A DNA stretch of 64,000 bases from Yuukianura sp. NJ FZ-2021 (Eukaryota). Position 1 is the stretch's first letter; each line of letters begins with the position of its first letter. The stretch covers positions 1,054,001 through 1,118,000 of the forward strand of contig CM102289.1 of NCBI GenBank assembly GCA_046563655.1, read 5' to 3'. Shown here in pieces: positions 1 to 12,859 of the stretch. The position numbers and the translations under genes were made by a program. The notes beneath the pieces were generated by a model. That model did not search any database, was not told where the DNA came from, and worked only from the letters and a program-made list of their open reading frames with translations.

Positions 1-32
1 TTTTAACTTTTAACTTTTAACTACTTCTGGAG

Positions 33-2429
33 GTGTCAAGACCTACTGGAGGGTGGTACGGAGTCAAAGATGCGCGGGAATTCGGAGCGAGTTGTGCGCA
101 GCTAATTAGTGAAGGTACTTCCATCATTGGTGAAGAGGATTGTCTCTACTTGAATGTCTACAAACCAAAGGTTATTTTTTTTTATATAAATTTTTAAAAT
201 ATGCTAATTTCAATTCTTAAAAATTTTGATTTTAAAAAATTATGCAGTCGTGTAGAAGAAAACATCCAGTCTTGGTTTTTATTCATGGTGGTGGATATGT
301 TTCCGGAAGTTCAATTGAATACGGCGGTGGATATTTAGTAGGTGAAGGGATCGTGGTGGTTACGATAAATTATCGAGTAGGAATTTTGGGTACTTTGAAA
401 CTCCACATTTCAAATTTCAAATTTGAGCAAGATAAAACGTTTTTTGAAATTTTTTTGGAAATTTAAAGTATGCTACTTCACGCGGTTTATTTAGGATTCC
501 TAAATACTGGCGAAGGGCATGCGTATGGTAACCAGGGAATGAAAGATTTCGTCCTGGCTTTAAAATGGGTGCAACAAAATATCGGTAATTTTGAAACATT
601 TCACACAAATCAGCACTCTGTTTTTTTTTGAAAATTAATTTTTGATGCTCATTTGTCCAAATTCAGAATTTTTTGGAGGAGATCCAAATTGTGTCACAGT
701 CAGTGGCCAATCTTCTGGCGGTCCATCGGCACTTATGCTAACAATTTCTCCGCTAGCAAAAGGTTTGTACTGTGAGGTGCACTGCTCAAATCCTGCAAGA
801 CAAAAAAAAATTAAGATCCGAGTGGGTCTCGAATTCACATCTCTTCAATCCGATAAGAGCTCTAACCACTGAACTATCTGGTTCTAATCATACAGGATAG
901 AATCCGCCACTGTACTCTAAATATTAAAATTAAGGATAACTTTTAAAATTTTTAGAAATTTGTAGCACTGTGTTTTTCAAAACCAAAAAACAAGAGTTGC
1001 TAGTTTCAAAATTTTAAAAATTTGATTTCCACAGGACTATTTCATAGAATTTATGCCATGTCGGGTGACTTTTTGAGCTTTTGGGCGTTTACTGAAGACA
1101 CAACAAAAACTGTACAAGCGACCGCAGAAGCGCTTAACTGCAGCACAGCGGCTGGAAACGCCGGCTTAGCCGATTGCTTCAGAAAAGCACCACTGGAGAA
1201 ACTCATTCCAGCACAAAGTTCCATCGAGGTACCACAAAAAGTATTTTTTTACTCTAACTTCCATATCAATTCTAAATTTGAATTTTCAGTTTTGGTTTTT
1301 GCAAGACTTGTCAGAAACTCCATCACTTGAATTGAAAAATTATGAAAATCCAAATCCATTTTTGGATAAACGTCCAATTGACCTCGTTCGGGCAGGAAAT
1401 TTTGCAAAAGTTCCGATTGTTCTAACAACAACAAAAAATGAAGGATTCTTCATTGCTGCAAGTAATTAATTTAACCCTAATGTGATAATTAACTTCAGTT
1501 TAATTAACTTTTATTTAACTAATTGAAATTGGCATTTTGTTGTTGAAGTGATTTCTAGAAATCCGTCGTTATTGGCTGTTGTGTCAGACAGATTTGAGGA
1601 ACTCGCTCCCATTCCTCTAGCCTTGAGCAATTGCAGAAAAGAACTTGCCGCTAAAAGCTTGAAATTTTATTTTGATAATCAAAAAGTTTCGAGAGCAAAC
1701 GAGCGAAATTTGAGCAACTACATGGGCGACGTTTGGTTTACGCATGGAATTTACAGAACTGCTCGCATGATGAGTCGGCACACTTCGGTGTACACGGGCG
1801 TTTTCAATCATCGCGCCAAAACCTTTAGTTTTTTAAATTCGATTGGCATTTACGACGATATTGATGGTTAGATGAAAAACTTCACCTTTTCCCTCCAAAA
1901 ATTTGGAAAACTTATAACATTTTCGAAAAAAAATTATCAAAGTTTCCTTTTACATATTGAATCTGAAAGAGTATATAATACTATGTATTTTTAAAATTTT
2001 GAAGTTCTTCTTAGATATTGTTACGCACATTGATGACCTGTCCTACATCTACGAACCAACGGGATCCGTACTTCCACCATTTATTCCACTTATCAATAAT
2101 GTCACTGATCCAAAAGATGTTGAATTTTCAAAGAAAATGGTCAAATTTGTTGCAGGATTTGTAAAAACGGGGTACGCAAACTCAACGTTATGTTCAAATT
2201 TGGCCCCAAAATTAGAATTTGTGTTGAAAATTTATCTGAAACTTTCAGAGTTCCACATTTTCCTGCTCAAAATGCTCCCAAATGGAATCCAGTTTCAAGA
2301 AGAGAAGCGCGAACGGGCGATATCGGCTGGTTCCAACTTCAAGACGAACCGAATATTTCAAATCCATTTAAAGAAAGAATGGCGTTTTGGGACAACGTGT
2401 ACAAAAGCTGTCAAGTTTCACCGTATTGA
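33..2429 (+). CDS. Type-B carboxylesterase (carboxyl/cholinesterase family), multi-exon, 5'-partial
   Basis: Exons encode [16 protein letters not shown] (oxyanion hole), [31 protein letters not shown] (catalytic Ser), TTKNEG (Glu) and VTHIDDL (His). GT-AG introns; stop at 2429. Start coordinate approximate. Confidence 0.9.
771..911 (-). mobile_element. Short element with internal tRNA-like cloverleaf, in a carboxylesterase intron
   Basis: 4-bp TSD GTAC (767-770, 912-915). Minus strand reads AGTGGCGG...GATAGTTCAGTGGTTAGAG...TTCGAGACCCACTCGGATC-T-run...CCTCACA, with ends like those of 48869-49113. Confidence 0.7.
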
Positions 2430-2553
2430 AAAAGAAAAAACCTTTATTTCTTCTGCTTTGAATTCATTCTATTCTTAACTAACAATCACCAATTACAATG
2501 TAATTAAACTTATTCCAATTTAAAAGCCAAACAACAGTAGCCTAGCTTAATAT

Positions 2554-2810
2554 TCAAAAAAATATTTGGTAGCTTGTGTTTATCGCCAAAATTTTCGAAC
2601 CCAAAGCAAGTTTGGTTGTGGCAACTCTAAATGGCACTATAAGAGTAGACAGCTTGGCAATTTCCCTCGTACATTCATAAATCAAATATTTTACCTCATA
2701 AACAAAAATTACAACACAGAGCCTTACTCCTGCAAAAAGTAAATAGAAAGATGTAATAATATTGTCACTTAAACTTAATTTTGAAGGCGGAGACAACAGT
2801 CTCTTATTTC
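2554..2810 (-). pseudogene. Inverted C-terminal fragment of the neighbouring ionotropic-receptor gene
   Basis: PSKLSLSDNIITSFYLLFAGVRLCVVIFVYEVKY matches PSKLNLSGNIITSFYLLFAGVCLCVIIFLYEVKY at ~6150-6255. No upstream exons recognisable. Confidence 0.75.
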
Positions 2811-3310
2811 TCAGGCAACATTGCAACTGGAAAAAAGACGGGATTTGCTGGCAAATAAGAAGCCGTATTAAAATAGTAACGTTCCGACATCGGTTTAATG
2901 TCTATTACATGATTAATAACATTTAAGGTAAACCTTAAAGAATTGTCATTCTTTGTTTCACTAAAACACAGGTCTGGGTTTAGAGATTCAGATTTGTCAC
3001 TTCAATTCATTTTTCATTCAAGAGTCGATTCTAAATTGACAAGAAAAAATTGGTGTAAACATGCGACAAAACCAATTTCAAAGTTTACCTCCATTGTTTC
3101 ATTGCAAAGTAGCAAACACTACCGTCCAAAGATAAGTACTGCGTCTGAACAACAACGTATCACGCAATTTAACCGCTCTTGTCTATTGTGTAAGTCGTAA
3201 TATTGTGCAAAACGTTTTGAAGAAAACACATCATTTTTACAGTTCGTGCCTCACCTTTTTTTAATTACTCAACTTTGCTTACACACACTTATTTACAACT
3301 TAGACCCTAC

Positions 3311-3738
3311 GAGCCGAAATTATAGGGGTAGCAAAAAGTTAATGTTTTCTTAAAAACAAAAAGCTACCTGATGCTTCGACCTTGTCTGTCTGTATGTCCG
3401 CCCGTTTACGGCAATTATCTTTATTCTTACCGATTAACGATTAGAAGTAAAAGTTGACCTTTGACCTTTGACCCAGAAAAATTATGTATTCCCAATTCAT
3501 ATAATCTACATAAAAATTGTTTAGCTCGACGACACAAACGACTTTTGTAGAAGTCATTTTCCACAATACTGGACATAAAACGGGTTGACCTTAACCTAGA
3601 TTCCGGAAATGTTGAGTCGTTCCAAAGTAATTGAAGGATTGGTGGCTGGACAGAGTGACAGACAGACATGTTCTTTGCATAAAGTAGCTTTTTGTCCTTA
3701 ACAAAACTATCTTTTTGCTGCCCCTATTATTTCGGCTC
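3311..3738. mobile_element. MITE-like element with terminal inverted repeats and GTCT microsatellite
   Basis: GAGCCGAAATTATAGGGGTAGCAAAAAG is mirrored by CTTTTTGCTGCCCCTATTATTTCGGCTC. Internal AAAGCTAC and TGTCTGTCTG motifs are also mirrored and resemble 63107-63620. Confidence 0.6.
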
Positions 3739-3951
3739 AATAAAGTTTTTGGTTGTAGAGAAAGATGAAGGTGTGGTAATTAAAAAAATTGCATCACGAC
3801 CAGTTGAAATGATGTTTTCTTCAAAACATTTTGCACAACATTATGACTTAAACATTAGACAAAGGCGGTTAAATTGACTGGTACGAGCTTGTTTTGCCAG
3901 AGTACTTAGGGTTTGCCCTTAATTTTTGGTACTTTGCCATACAAGGAAGCA

Positions 3952-6393
3952 ATGGAGCTAAATTTTGAAATCGTTTCTCTTCTAAGTTTCTATCAATTTG
4001 TTGTTGTCAATTTAGAACTGACTCCTGAATCAATTCAACTGACAAACCTGAATCTCCTCGTAGATCAGTTTCCAAATAGTGACAATTTGCTAGTACTACC
4101 AAGCTACAGACACCCAGAAATCACTCAAGGATTTAAAGCCCCAGTTAAACTTTACTACGTAAACACAAAAAACAGTATTCATTGCGGTAAATCCATAGAG
4201 AGTGTGGCGATCAATTTCCTAAATATGCACTATGGTGAAACGGTGAACAGACCAAATAAGCTTAAATATATTCCTGTCTTTCTCCTCTTTCCCACCTTTT
4301 GGTTTGATAAAATGGTGAGACAAAATACAGTAAAGCCCAAAACATGTTTCAATGCAGCCAAGAGTGATAAATATTATCTAATGATTACATTAAATGTTAT
4401 TATTCATGTAGTAGACGTTAAACCAATGTCGGATTATTTTGAGGTTGGTCCTTATGTACGAATGAATCCTGTCCTGGTTTTCCCAGTTGCAATGTTAAAC
4501 TGCAATGGAACTGATTGCAACACAACAGTTATTGACACTGTATTGTTCCAGTACGAGTTCCGCTTTGTTGAAACAAATTTTACCGAAATCCCATTTTCCG
4601 TCCCTGTAATGCAAATGATAGAGCATGTACTCAAGAAAGCGCAGCAAACATATTATTATCATAGGCCGGAAAAGGTACATAACAAAGCGGAGTATCATCA
4701 TAGGACGGAAAAGTATGTAAAAATAAAAGGAACCAACTTAAATCCATTCAAGGGATTAAAAATTGGACGAAATTTATCACTCCTTGACTATCTGCTACTT
4801 CTGGTTCACGAAAACGTTGAAATTTTTATGTCTTCATACACTGCAAAAAGGCTAGAAAATTCTGGACCAAATACGGACCTTCGCTTGAAGTATGAAATTT
4901 TTCAAAGTAGAGTATCTTTCGAATCAATGTTTTGGGTAAGTGACAGATTTATGGTAATAATGGGATCGCATAAAGTGAATTTCCTAACCTGTGATGGTAC
5001 AAGTAAAGTAGTAACGTTTGAATTTTATGCCGCACCATACGACAAGTATTGCTGGTTTAGTGTAATCATCGGATGTTGTTTAGTTTCTTTGACTTGTACT
5101 GCATTCTATGTCAAATATTCCACTAGTTTGACGGTAGAAACATTTGTTTCCTACTGGATGAACTTTTTGTTTGTGACGACGCTCACTTTAGTTGACGTTT
5201 TTCAAAAACTTCGGCAACAACGAAATGGAAAAGACGATACAAAGTTGATGATGTGTGTTTGGGCTGTTATGTTCGTTGTTTTGACAAATGCTTACCGAGG
5301 TGTTGTAGTTTCATTTCTAGCTTCTCAGTTACCCATTAGCCAAACATATTTTACAGCAAAACAGTTGCAAGATTTTGTTATATTTCAAGATTCGGATACG
5401 TATGGACGCTATTTTTTTGAACATCACATTCTAAGTAAGCACTTCTCTACCGCTTACATCAATAGTACGGACCTAGAAACCCAAATTGTCTGTGATTGTG
5501 TCCTACGGAAGCATCAATATCATTCAACTGTTCAGGTTGAAGCCATAGACAATCCGGCATTCCAACAAATGGTCAAGCTAAGTAAAACAAACCGTGCGAC
5601 ATGTCGAACTATGTCTGAAGTGTATACAAAGACAAACATTGATCATTTATTTCCTGGACTACATTGCGACAAGTATCAAATAGCGGCCAAAAAGGAACTG
5701 AATGGACTTGATACACATTTCCCTCTACCAAGCAAGTTCATAGTTGCAGAAATTGTTTCACTTGTCCAACATTTGGTGTACGAATCTGATATCAAATTTG
5801 TAGTTACAAAATTAGCCCAAATTCTTTCTCCTTGTACAAAAATGGCTTTTATGGGCCTAGAGGCTACCTTGGATTTGTTTTTAGCCAATTATGAAAATAT
5901 GCAAAACTCAAAATCTAAAAACCAAATAGTACATGTTCCCAGTAGGCTTAAGTTTCGGAAAGGAAATGAGGCAATTGCTGAACTGCTTCAAGGCTACGTT
6001 ATTGATAAGGAATATGCATATATAAAAATTCAAAAACTTTTGGAGGGAGGAATTTTTCACCTTTGGGAGAAATGGCAACCAGTGCGGAATCCAACTGCTC
6101 GGGATAAGATTATGAAAGAGAATGTGAAAACTAAGAGCCTGTTGGTGCTGCCTTCAAAACTAAATTTAAGTGGTAACATTATTACATCTTTCTATTTACT
6201 TTTTGCTGGAGTGTGTCTTTGTGTTATAATTTTCCTTTATGAGGTAAAATATTTTATATATACTTATATTATTATATATATTTACGAATGTAAGAGAGAA
6301 TTTGCCAAGCGTTCTACTCCAGTTGTGCCATTTGGAGGTGCTATAACCCAACTTGTTTTGATTCCAAACATTGTTGCGCCCAAGACAGACTAG
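3952..6393 (+). CDS. Divergent ionotropic receptor (IR)-like chemoreceptor, single exon
   Basis: Uninterrupted ORF with a hydrophobic N-terminus, FLTCDG..F.FY.APYD..W before M1, WAVMFVVLTNAYRG (M2/M3-like), LLEGGIFHLW and KLNLSGNI..FYLL before the last TM. ATG at 3952 chosen. Confidence 0.75.
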   Translation: MELNFEIVSLLSFYQFVVVNLELTPESIQLTNLNLLVDQFPNSDNLLVLPSYRHPEITQGFKAPVKLYYVNTKNSIHCGKSIESVAINFLNMHYGETVNRPNKLKYIPVFLLFPTFWFDKMVRQNTVKPKTCFNAAKSDKYYLMITLNVIIHVVDVKPMSDYFEVGPYVRMNPVLVFPVAMLNCNGTDCNTTVIDTVLFQYEFRFVETNFTEIPFSVPVMQMIEHVLKKAQQTYYYHRPEKVHNKAEYHHRTEKYVKIKGTNLNPFKGLKIGRNLSLLDYLLLLVHENVEIFMSSYTAKRLENSGPNTDLRLKYEIFQSRVSFESMFWVSDRFMVIMGSHKVNFLTCDGTSKVVTFEFYAAPYDKYCWFSVIIGCCLVSLTCTAFYVKYSTSLTVETFVSYWMNFLFVTTLTLVDVFQKLRQQRNGKDDTKLMMCVWAVMFVVLTNAYRGVVVSFLASQLPISQTYFTAKQLQDFVIFQDSDTYGRYFFEHHILSKHFSTAYINSTDLETQIVCDCVLRKHQYHSTVQVEAIDNPAFQQMVKLSKTNRATCRTMSEVYTKTNIDHLFPGLHCDKYQIAAKKELNGLDTHFPLPSKFIVAEIVSLVQHLVYESDIKFVVTKLAQILSPCTKMAFMGLEATLDLFLANYENMQNSKSKNQIVHVPSRLKFRKGNEAIAELLQGYVIDKEYAYIKIQKLLEGGIFHLWEKWQPVRNPTARDKIMKENVKTKSLLVLPSKLNLSGNIITSFYLLFAGVCLCVIIFLYEVKYFIYTYIIIYIYECKREFAKRSTPVVPFGGAITQLVLIPNIVAPKTD

Positions 6394-7374
6394 TATACTT
6401 ATTTTGAATATTAACTTAGAAAATTACCAAAACGTGTTAAATTCAAATTTACAGGTTATAGGCTATCCTATAAAACGTACAGGGTTAGTGAATTGGAATG
6501 AACTATTAACTACAATTAATTAGCCAACGCGTGAAGTAAACGCATGAGATTTGTTAATATATATATATTAACTGTATTCCACAATTGACCAGAACGAACC
6601 GACTTTTGAGGAATTCGTGCGTTATTTACTGAATACCGATCTTGTGCAGTACTCTGGCTTTCAGTCTACTACTCTTGTACTCCATGTCGACTTGACTACA
6701 CATTTATTGCCACTAAAAACGTTCATAACTGACCAACGTTGCATAATTGAAGCCACCGGACGTTTAGTAAATCTTAGTTATTGTTGCGAGAAATAAATGC
6801 AGCTTTGGTTTTCACCACTTCGTTTGAAAACTTAGAGATGCCTGGGCGGGAAACGGGGCATACTTTTAAACTATGCCCCTTTCCGGTTCAACAAAATATT
6901 ACACAGACACACCACCTCTCCCTATTATAAAAGTTCTACCAATAGATTCTAACACTAGATTTGGAAATCGCACACCTTGTACAATTGTTAATAAAAACAA
7001 ATTCAAAATTCAAAACAGTCGATTCGACTCGTTCATATTTATCATCAGTTATAATAAGTCGTTTCAACTTAACACTGATTGATTAGATATGTTTTTCAAT
7101 GACGTTGACTGAATCCTTAGCCTTTAATATGATCAATTGGCCAATGTGGAATCACAAATCCATTTAGAGAAAGACTTGAATTTTGAGAAAACTTGTGTAA
7201 AAGGTGCCAAAGGTGAAAGTAGAAGGAAAAAAGAACTTTAATTACATTTAACTTTTTAGCAGAATTAAAAGGTGATTAAGATTGAAAAGTTGAAAAAAGG
7301 CGATTTTGCATTATAAAGGCTTGCGGCGGGAAGTGTTTAGGAAGAAGTTGAGGGAGGGAGATTAATTAGTAAAA

Positions 7375-9477
7375 CTAATTAAAAGTTAAAGTTAATTTCA
7401 CAAGTAAAGAATTCATTGGTCCAGTTGCGTTGCTTCGACATATGACGGCGGTGGATCCTCCAGAGCTAAAATTCAAAATAAAAAATTTCCACNNNNNNNN
7501 NNNNNNNNNNNNNNNNNNNNNNNNNNNNNNNNNNNNNNNNNNNNNNNNNNNNNNNNNNNNNNNNNNNNNNNNNNNNNNNNNNNNNNNNNNNNTTTTCAAT
7601 TTCAACTAAAAGTAGTGTTCATTTCATTTCAAACCAAAAATAAATTTACATAAAATTACATAACAAAAAGAGATAATTTTACCTCTGGCATCGTCTCGCT
7701 CTACGGACAAGTAGGATGGCAGTGACGAAATGGATCCTGCAAAAAGACAAAATTTTTAAAAAATGCTAAAATTGAAGCTGAAAACTTTGAATTTTTAAAA
7801 TTTAAGTGTAATTACGTCTGTGGTCAAGATTTGTACTGCGGAAGGGAGCGTTGTGATGGGAAGGGCGTTGACGCAGACGCGGAGAGAGGGAATCACGCGA
7901 ACTTGTGAAAGAATTGCTACGCACTTGCGCCGTAGACGCGTGAAAAAAATCAAAGTCATCAATCCCTATAGTTCCCAACATTACTCCAACTTCACCTTTC
8001 ACATTTTCCATAAAACCGGACGTAACCAAGGTGACCTACATACAAATTTCAAAATTTAGCTTTTTCCAAAATTCTCAAAATGTTTGATTTTTTTTGGAAA
8101 GTCTCTTCTTATTACTCGTAGTTTGTAGTTGACGGAGAGATGTTGACCCTGAATACTTATAGGAATGTCGGCTGGAACTTGCAAAACGTTTTCCCAGCAC
8201 GTTGTTGTGTGTGCCAAAATTGGACCCCCGTTGACCTTGACTACAGTTTCAGAAGAAGAGCGTTTCATCGAAGACAGAGAAAATTTCATTTCCTGAGTCA
8301 AAGTTTCAAAAAATTAGTTTTTTCAAAAGTTCCAAATTTCGAAATTTTACCTGAACTAGTTTCAGAGAAGTAGCAGTGATAGGTTTGCTAGAGCCATTGT
8401 TAATGTCCACCGTGAAGTGAATGAATTCCATAATCGTGAATCCTTTCTTGTGCAAACTGAGAGTAAACCGAATTGGACTTTTGTTACGCGAGAAAAGAGC
8501 GCGAATTCCTCCGGAATTATCATTGACCAAGAAGAGAGGACCGAAAAGTTCGGGGAAAACGGTAAGATCTAGCTTTGGCTTAACTACGAACCCAGCTCCG
8601 TATTCTTCTGATAGGAACAGATCCATGTCGTCTAAACTTTGCCCAACGACCACTTTCCGACCACTCACGACCGCTTCGACGTAGTACCGAACCGATCCGA
8701 ACGGGCCCGAAAATGTCGGTAAAAGTTTCGACGGTAAGTTGAACGTGAACGGATACCAGTAGTTGTCATCCGCTGAAAATTTTATATGTATTTAAACTAT
8801 TTGTGTATAAAACCTGATTACCAAGAATGTCAAAAATATGTGCTAAAACCCCCCAAAATATTGAAAAAAAAATATTTTTTTTAAATCACCCAAATATTTA
8901 CTGATTTAATATTAAGAGCGCATGCAGATAAATAAATATTTAGTAACAAAAAACCACAAACTTTTTTTTTGTTAGCATTATGGACATGGAGACTAAATAC
9001 TTCCGACATCCCTGCTTAGTATACATAATACATTATATATAAATTAATATTTTATGATATATTATATTTTATAAGCATATTCATATAGTATTTAAATTCA
9101 CCTGAATCATCGGGAACGGTGAGCGGCGCAAAACTCTCTTGCACCAGATATGCTTTAGTAGAGGAACGGAAGTCGTTTCCAAAATTTATACTTTCACAGC
9201 CTATCAGCCTCGCTAACAGGCCTACATAACCAACAGCATATGCTCCATGTTACTTTATATTATTAATATATAAAGTATTTAATATTTATATATAGTATAA
9301 AATATTTAATATGTAATATGTACCGGAAATAGGAGCACGGCTGATTGCCTTGAAGTAAACTTTTCCAGAAACGGTATCACCAGGATCGTAAATAGGCGTT
9401 TGCTTATCAAATTCACAAGCACAGTAAATTCCTGTTGGCAGATTTGCTCTCAGATAGCCCGTGTTTAACATTGACAT
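7375..9477 (-). CDS. Alpha-arrestin (arrestin-domain-containing protein), multi-exon
   Basis: IYDPGDTVSGKVYF; YPFTFNLPSKLLPTFSGPFGSVRYYVEA; LHKKGFTIMEFIHFTVDINNGS; QVPADIPIS..SVNYKLRV; VMLGTI; LPSY motif. The 3' end is uncertain because of the N gap. Confidence 0.8.
7493..7592. other. Assembly gap (100 N)
   Basis: Run of exactly 100 N. Confidence 0.99.
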
Positions 9478-10662
9478 TTTCCACAACCTTTTAACTTGTT
9501 TCAAATTTCACAGGTTTCAGATTTCAAATTTCAATTTACATTTACGAAATAATTGTGCAAGAAATTTCTTTTGTTTTACCTTCGTGAACATTTTGTAGTG
9601 AAAGTGAAAATTTTCCTGACGTGTTTTCAAACTCAAGTGGACAGAATATTGATCGCTTCCAAACAAAAACTGCACGCAAAAACGCACGCATCTTTTTCAC
9701 AAAAATACTCTCTTTTTTTCTCAAATTTAGAATCCAATATTACACAAGTTCGAAAGATCATTCCAATTTTTTAAATTTTCGGACTAGTTGTGTTGTTTTC
9801 TTTTAAATTAAATCATAATCGAGCGGTATTGGAAATTTTAGTTTCATGTTTTTATAAAAGTATTTTTTTGTCAAAGTCTTAGCACATAAATTAGCCCATT
9901 AGCCTTAAGTAAGTATTATGCATTAGTATTAGCATTAGTAAGATGCCGAATTTAAATCTTCTTAGCGTCTAAAACACATTTTACGGAAGGCGGATTTTCG
10001 CGTTTTTTTTTTACCTTTGACTGGCTTAAATTCTCCACTTATTAGTTTAAGTTACAAAATGACCTTGAGTTTGAAATTTGCAAAATTTGAAATTAGCGCT
10101 GTGTAAAGTGTAATTGAATAGCAAAAATTTATCTGACAAGAGAAAAAAACTGTAATGCAGGAACACGTCAGTTTCTTCGAGGTCAGTGATAAAAGTAGTC
10201 ATGCAACATGTATAATTGGGAGGTCATTTTGTACTTTGGTCTGACGGGGATTTATTTAACTGTAAGAAGTAAATTACACTTAAGAAAAGTTTGCAATATT
10301 TTTGTCATCAAAATAAAATTTTATCAAAATTAGATTTGTGTTTCCTGGATCTGTTTTTCCAAACCAAAATGGGATCGGTCTAAATGGAACACACAAGCGT
10401 GTAATGCTCACGTCGACGAAAGAACACCACTTTTACAAAAATAGAAAAATTATTAAATTTTTTAGTAATTAGCGATTTTTCATTTAAGTTTGTCGAAGTT
10501 TTATATTCATAGACTCAACTCAAACAGATAAGTTTCATTTTTAAGGCGGGTATTAGAATAATATCGATGTTTTGGAAAAGTCAAAGTTAATGACAGAGAT
10601 CTCACAATAATGTACAATTTGATGGGAAATGTTGATTGTTATTGCACCTAATAAGTTGCGCG

Positions 10663-12859
10663 TTACTTGCATGAGGTTGAGGCAACATAGTCATCCAGGA
10701 GATGATTCCAGTCGTAGCCGTTCCCAGTAGGAGCATGCGTAGAAGGAAGCAAAACGTGACGCCAAAAAGTTCTTCCACTTTGGTCCAAACCTAAGAAGAT
10801 TTGCCAATTTCGTCTCCTCCCTTTGTCGTATGGATTTGAGAACGACTAAAAATTCAAAACAAACGTTAGCACAATTAAAAAAATTCCGATGTTGACGAAT
10901 TTTTATATTTGTATTTACATCTCCCAGTCGCTTCTTCTGCGCAACGTTAATGTGCGACTCGATGCTCGTTTCTCCTTTGCTAATGAGTTTACCATGCCAG
11001 TAACACAGGATACCGAGGGCAACGGTAGCACCTGTAATGAAAAAGATTGAAAATGAAGCAAAACGTTGCAAAAACGAATGAACTACTGCTTGTTACTTAC
11101 CGATAATTAGCAGTGCTACGTAGTAGATCATTGTGACTACGACTGTTTTCGAGGCTGGAATGCCAAAAAGAAGCCGAGCATGGGCAACAGCTGATGAAAC
11201 AGCATCACTAGAATCGTCATTTGGAAAGTACATTGGAGACATAAGTTTTGAGATCCGACTAAAGCTGGAGAGCGAGCGAACCGGACGTACTTGAGACTGA
11301 TTTGAAAATTCTTCATAGGTAAACGGAAGTATATCTTCGTCCAAGACTATTTGACGATAGGCTATCGGAATTCCAAAGATCATCAGAAACACGCAACCAC
11401 CGATGATGTACGCCATGGACAGAAAAAAGTATCGATGATTGAAGTGGCCAATGCAGTTGTTCATCCAAGCTATCAAGAAAAAAAGGAAACTGTGTAGAAA
11501 TACGAAGCAAAACCAGCGATGTATGAAGTCGGGTGATTTGCAGTTATCCGACCCGAGTTGAAACGGGGAGGTGGGGAGTGGGGAGTGGGGAGGAGTCCTC
11601 CCCACTCCCCGTCGCAGGTTCCCATGGTTGAAACGGGGAGTGGGGAGTGGGGAGTGGGGAGGAGTGGGGTGTGGGGAGGAGTGGGGAGGACTCCTCCCCC
11701 ACTCCCCATGATATGTTACGGTTGAAACTGGGAGTGGGGAGTGGGGAGGAGTGGGGAGTGGGGAGGAGACGAAAACTCTAATGTGTGCTTTACCAAACCT
11801 AACTCCGCGCCTGCGGCGCGGGCCATTGAACAAACGCATTACGGATAAGTCTGAGATTGATAAGGGTAATTTCCGTCATGCGTTTTGTTCAATGGCCCGC
11901 CGCAGGCGCGGAGTTAGGTTTGGTAAAGCACATGCTAGTGATTTCGTCTGTAGGTTAGGCTGTGCCAATGAAACGGGTTAAGTTTGATTTTGTAACATTT
12001 CAACACTCCTCCCCACTCCCCACTCCTCCCCACTCCCAGTTTCAACAATGGTAATATAGGACGGGGAGTGGGGAGGAGTCCTCCCCACTCCCCACTCCTC
12101 CCCACTCCCCACTCCTCCCCACTCCCTACTCCTCCCCACTCCCAGTTTCAACAATGGTAATATAGGACGGGGAGTGGGGAGGAGTCCTCCCCACTCCCCA
12201 CTCCCCACTCCTCCCCACTCCCTACTCCTCCCCACTCCTCCCCACTCCCTACTCCTCCCCACTCCCAGTTTCAACAATGGTAATATAGGACGGGGAGTGG
12301 GGAGGACTCCTCCCCACTCCCCACTCCCCACCTCCCCGTTTCAACTCGGGTCGGATAACTGCAAATCACCCTATGAAGTCTTTTGAAGGAACTTACGACA
12401 ATGATGGTCCATTTTTAGATAGCATCTGTTGCATATTGAACAGTGATGAGTTCTAATTGGCTTTGGTGAGATACATTTCTTGCAAATCGTGGCACTTGAG
12501 CACAAGTTAGGATTCGATGGAAGACCTGGAGACACCCTGACTCCTTGGGTGTAATTGAAAACGACATTGAGTAGAAACCAGTAGCCAATGACTATGAGCA
12601 GCACTGTTAAGCTGGGACTCTGTTCCCAGTAGACAGGGATTCCAAGGAGATGGGCAATGATTACAACGGATCCGATGAGGACATAAACAACACAAACGAA
12701 CAGTCTTCCGATGTACGCAGTCGTGTGGTCCACTATGTAGAGGAGAGGCTCTATACAAGTGTCCATGGCGTAGGCCCATGATAAGCATGAGTTGTAGAAT
12801 AACGTTTTGAACCAAAGTGTAAGTAGCTGCTTGACCGTTAGCTCGTCCCTGGCTGCCAT
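10663..12859 (-). CDS. ZDHHC16: DHHC palmitoyltransferase, ZDHHC16-like
   Basis: [45 protein letters not shown] across intron 11470-12396; [41 protein letters not shown] tail typical of ZDHHC16. Confidence 0.85.
11531..12371. mobile_element. Non-autonomous Mutator-like/foldback element in ZDHHC16 intron
   Basis: ~80-bp TIRs starting GGGTGATTTGCAGTTATCCGACCCGAG; exact 9-bp TSD TATGAAGTC (11522-11530, 12372-12380); GGGGAGT arrays; internal inverted repeat ~11783-11930. Confidence 0.85.

Noticed and set aside
11473..12386. Pro/Gly-rich ORFs
   Set aside because: These are translations of the GGGGAGT repeat element within an intron.
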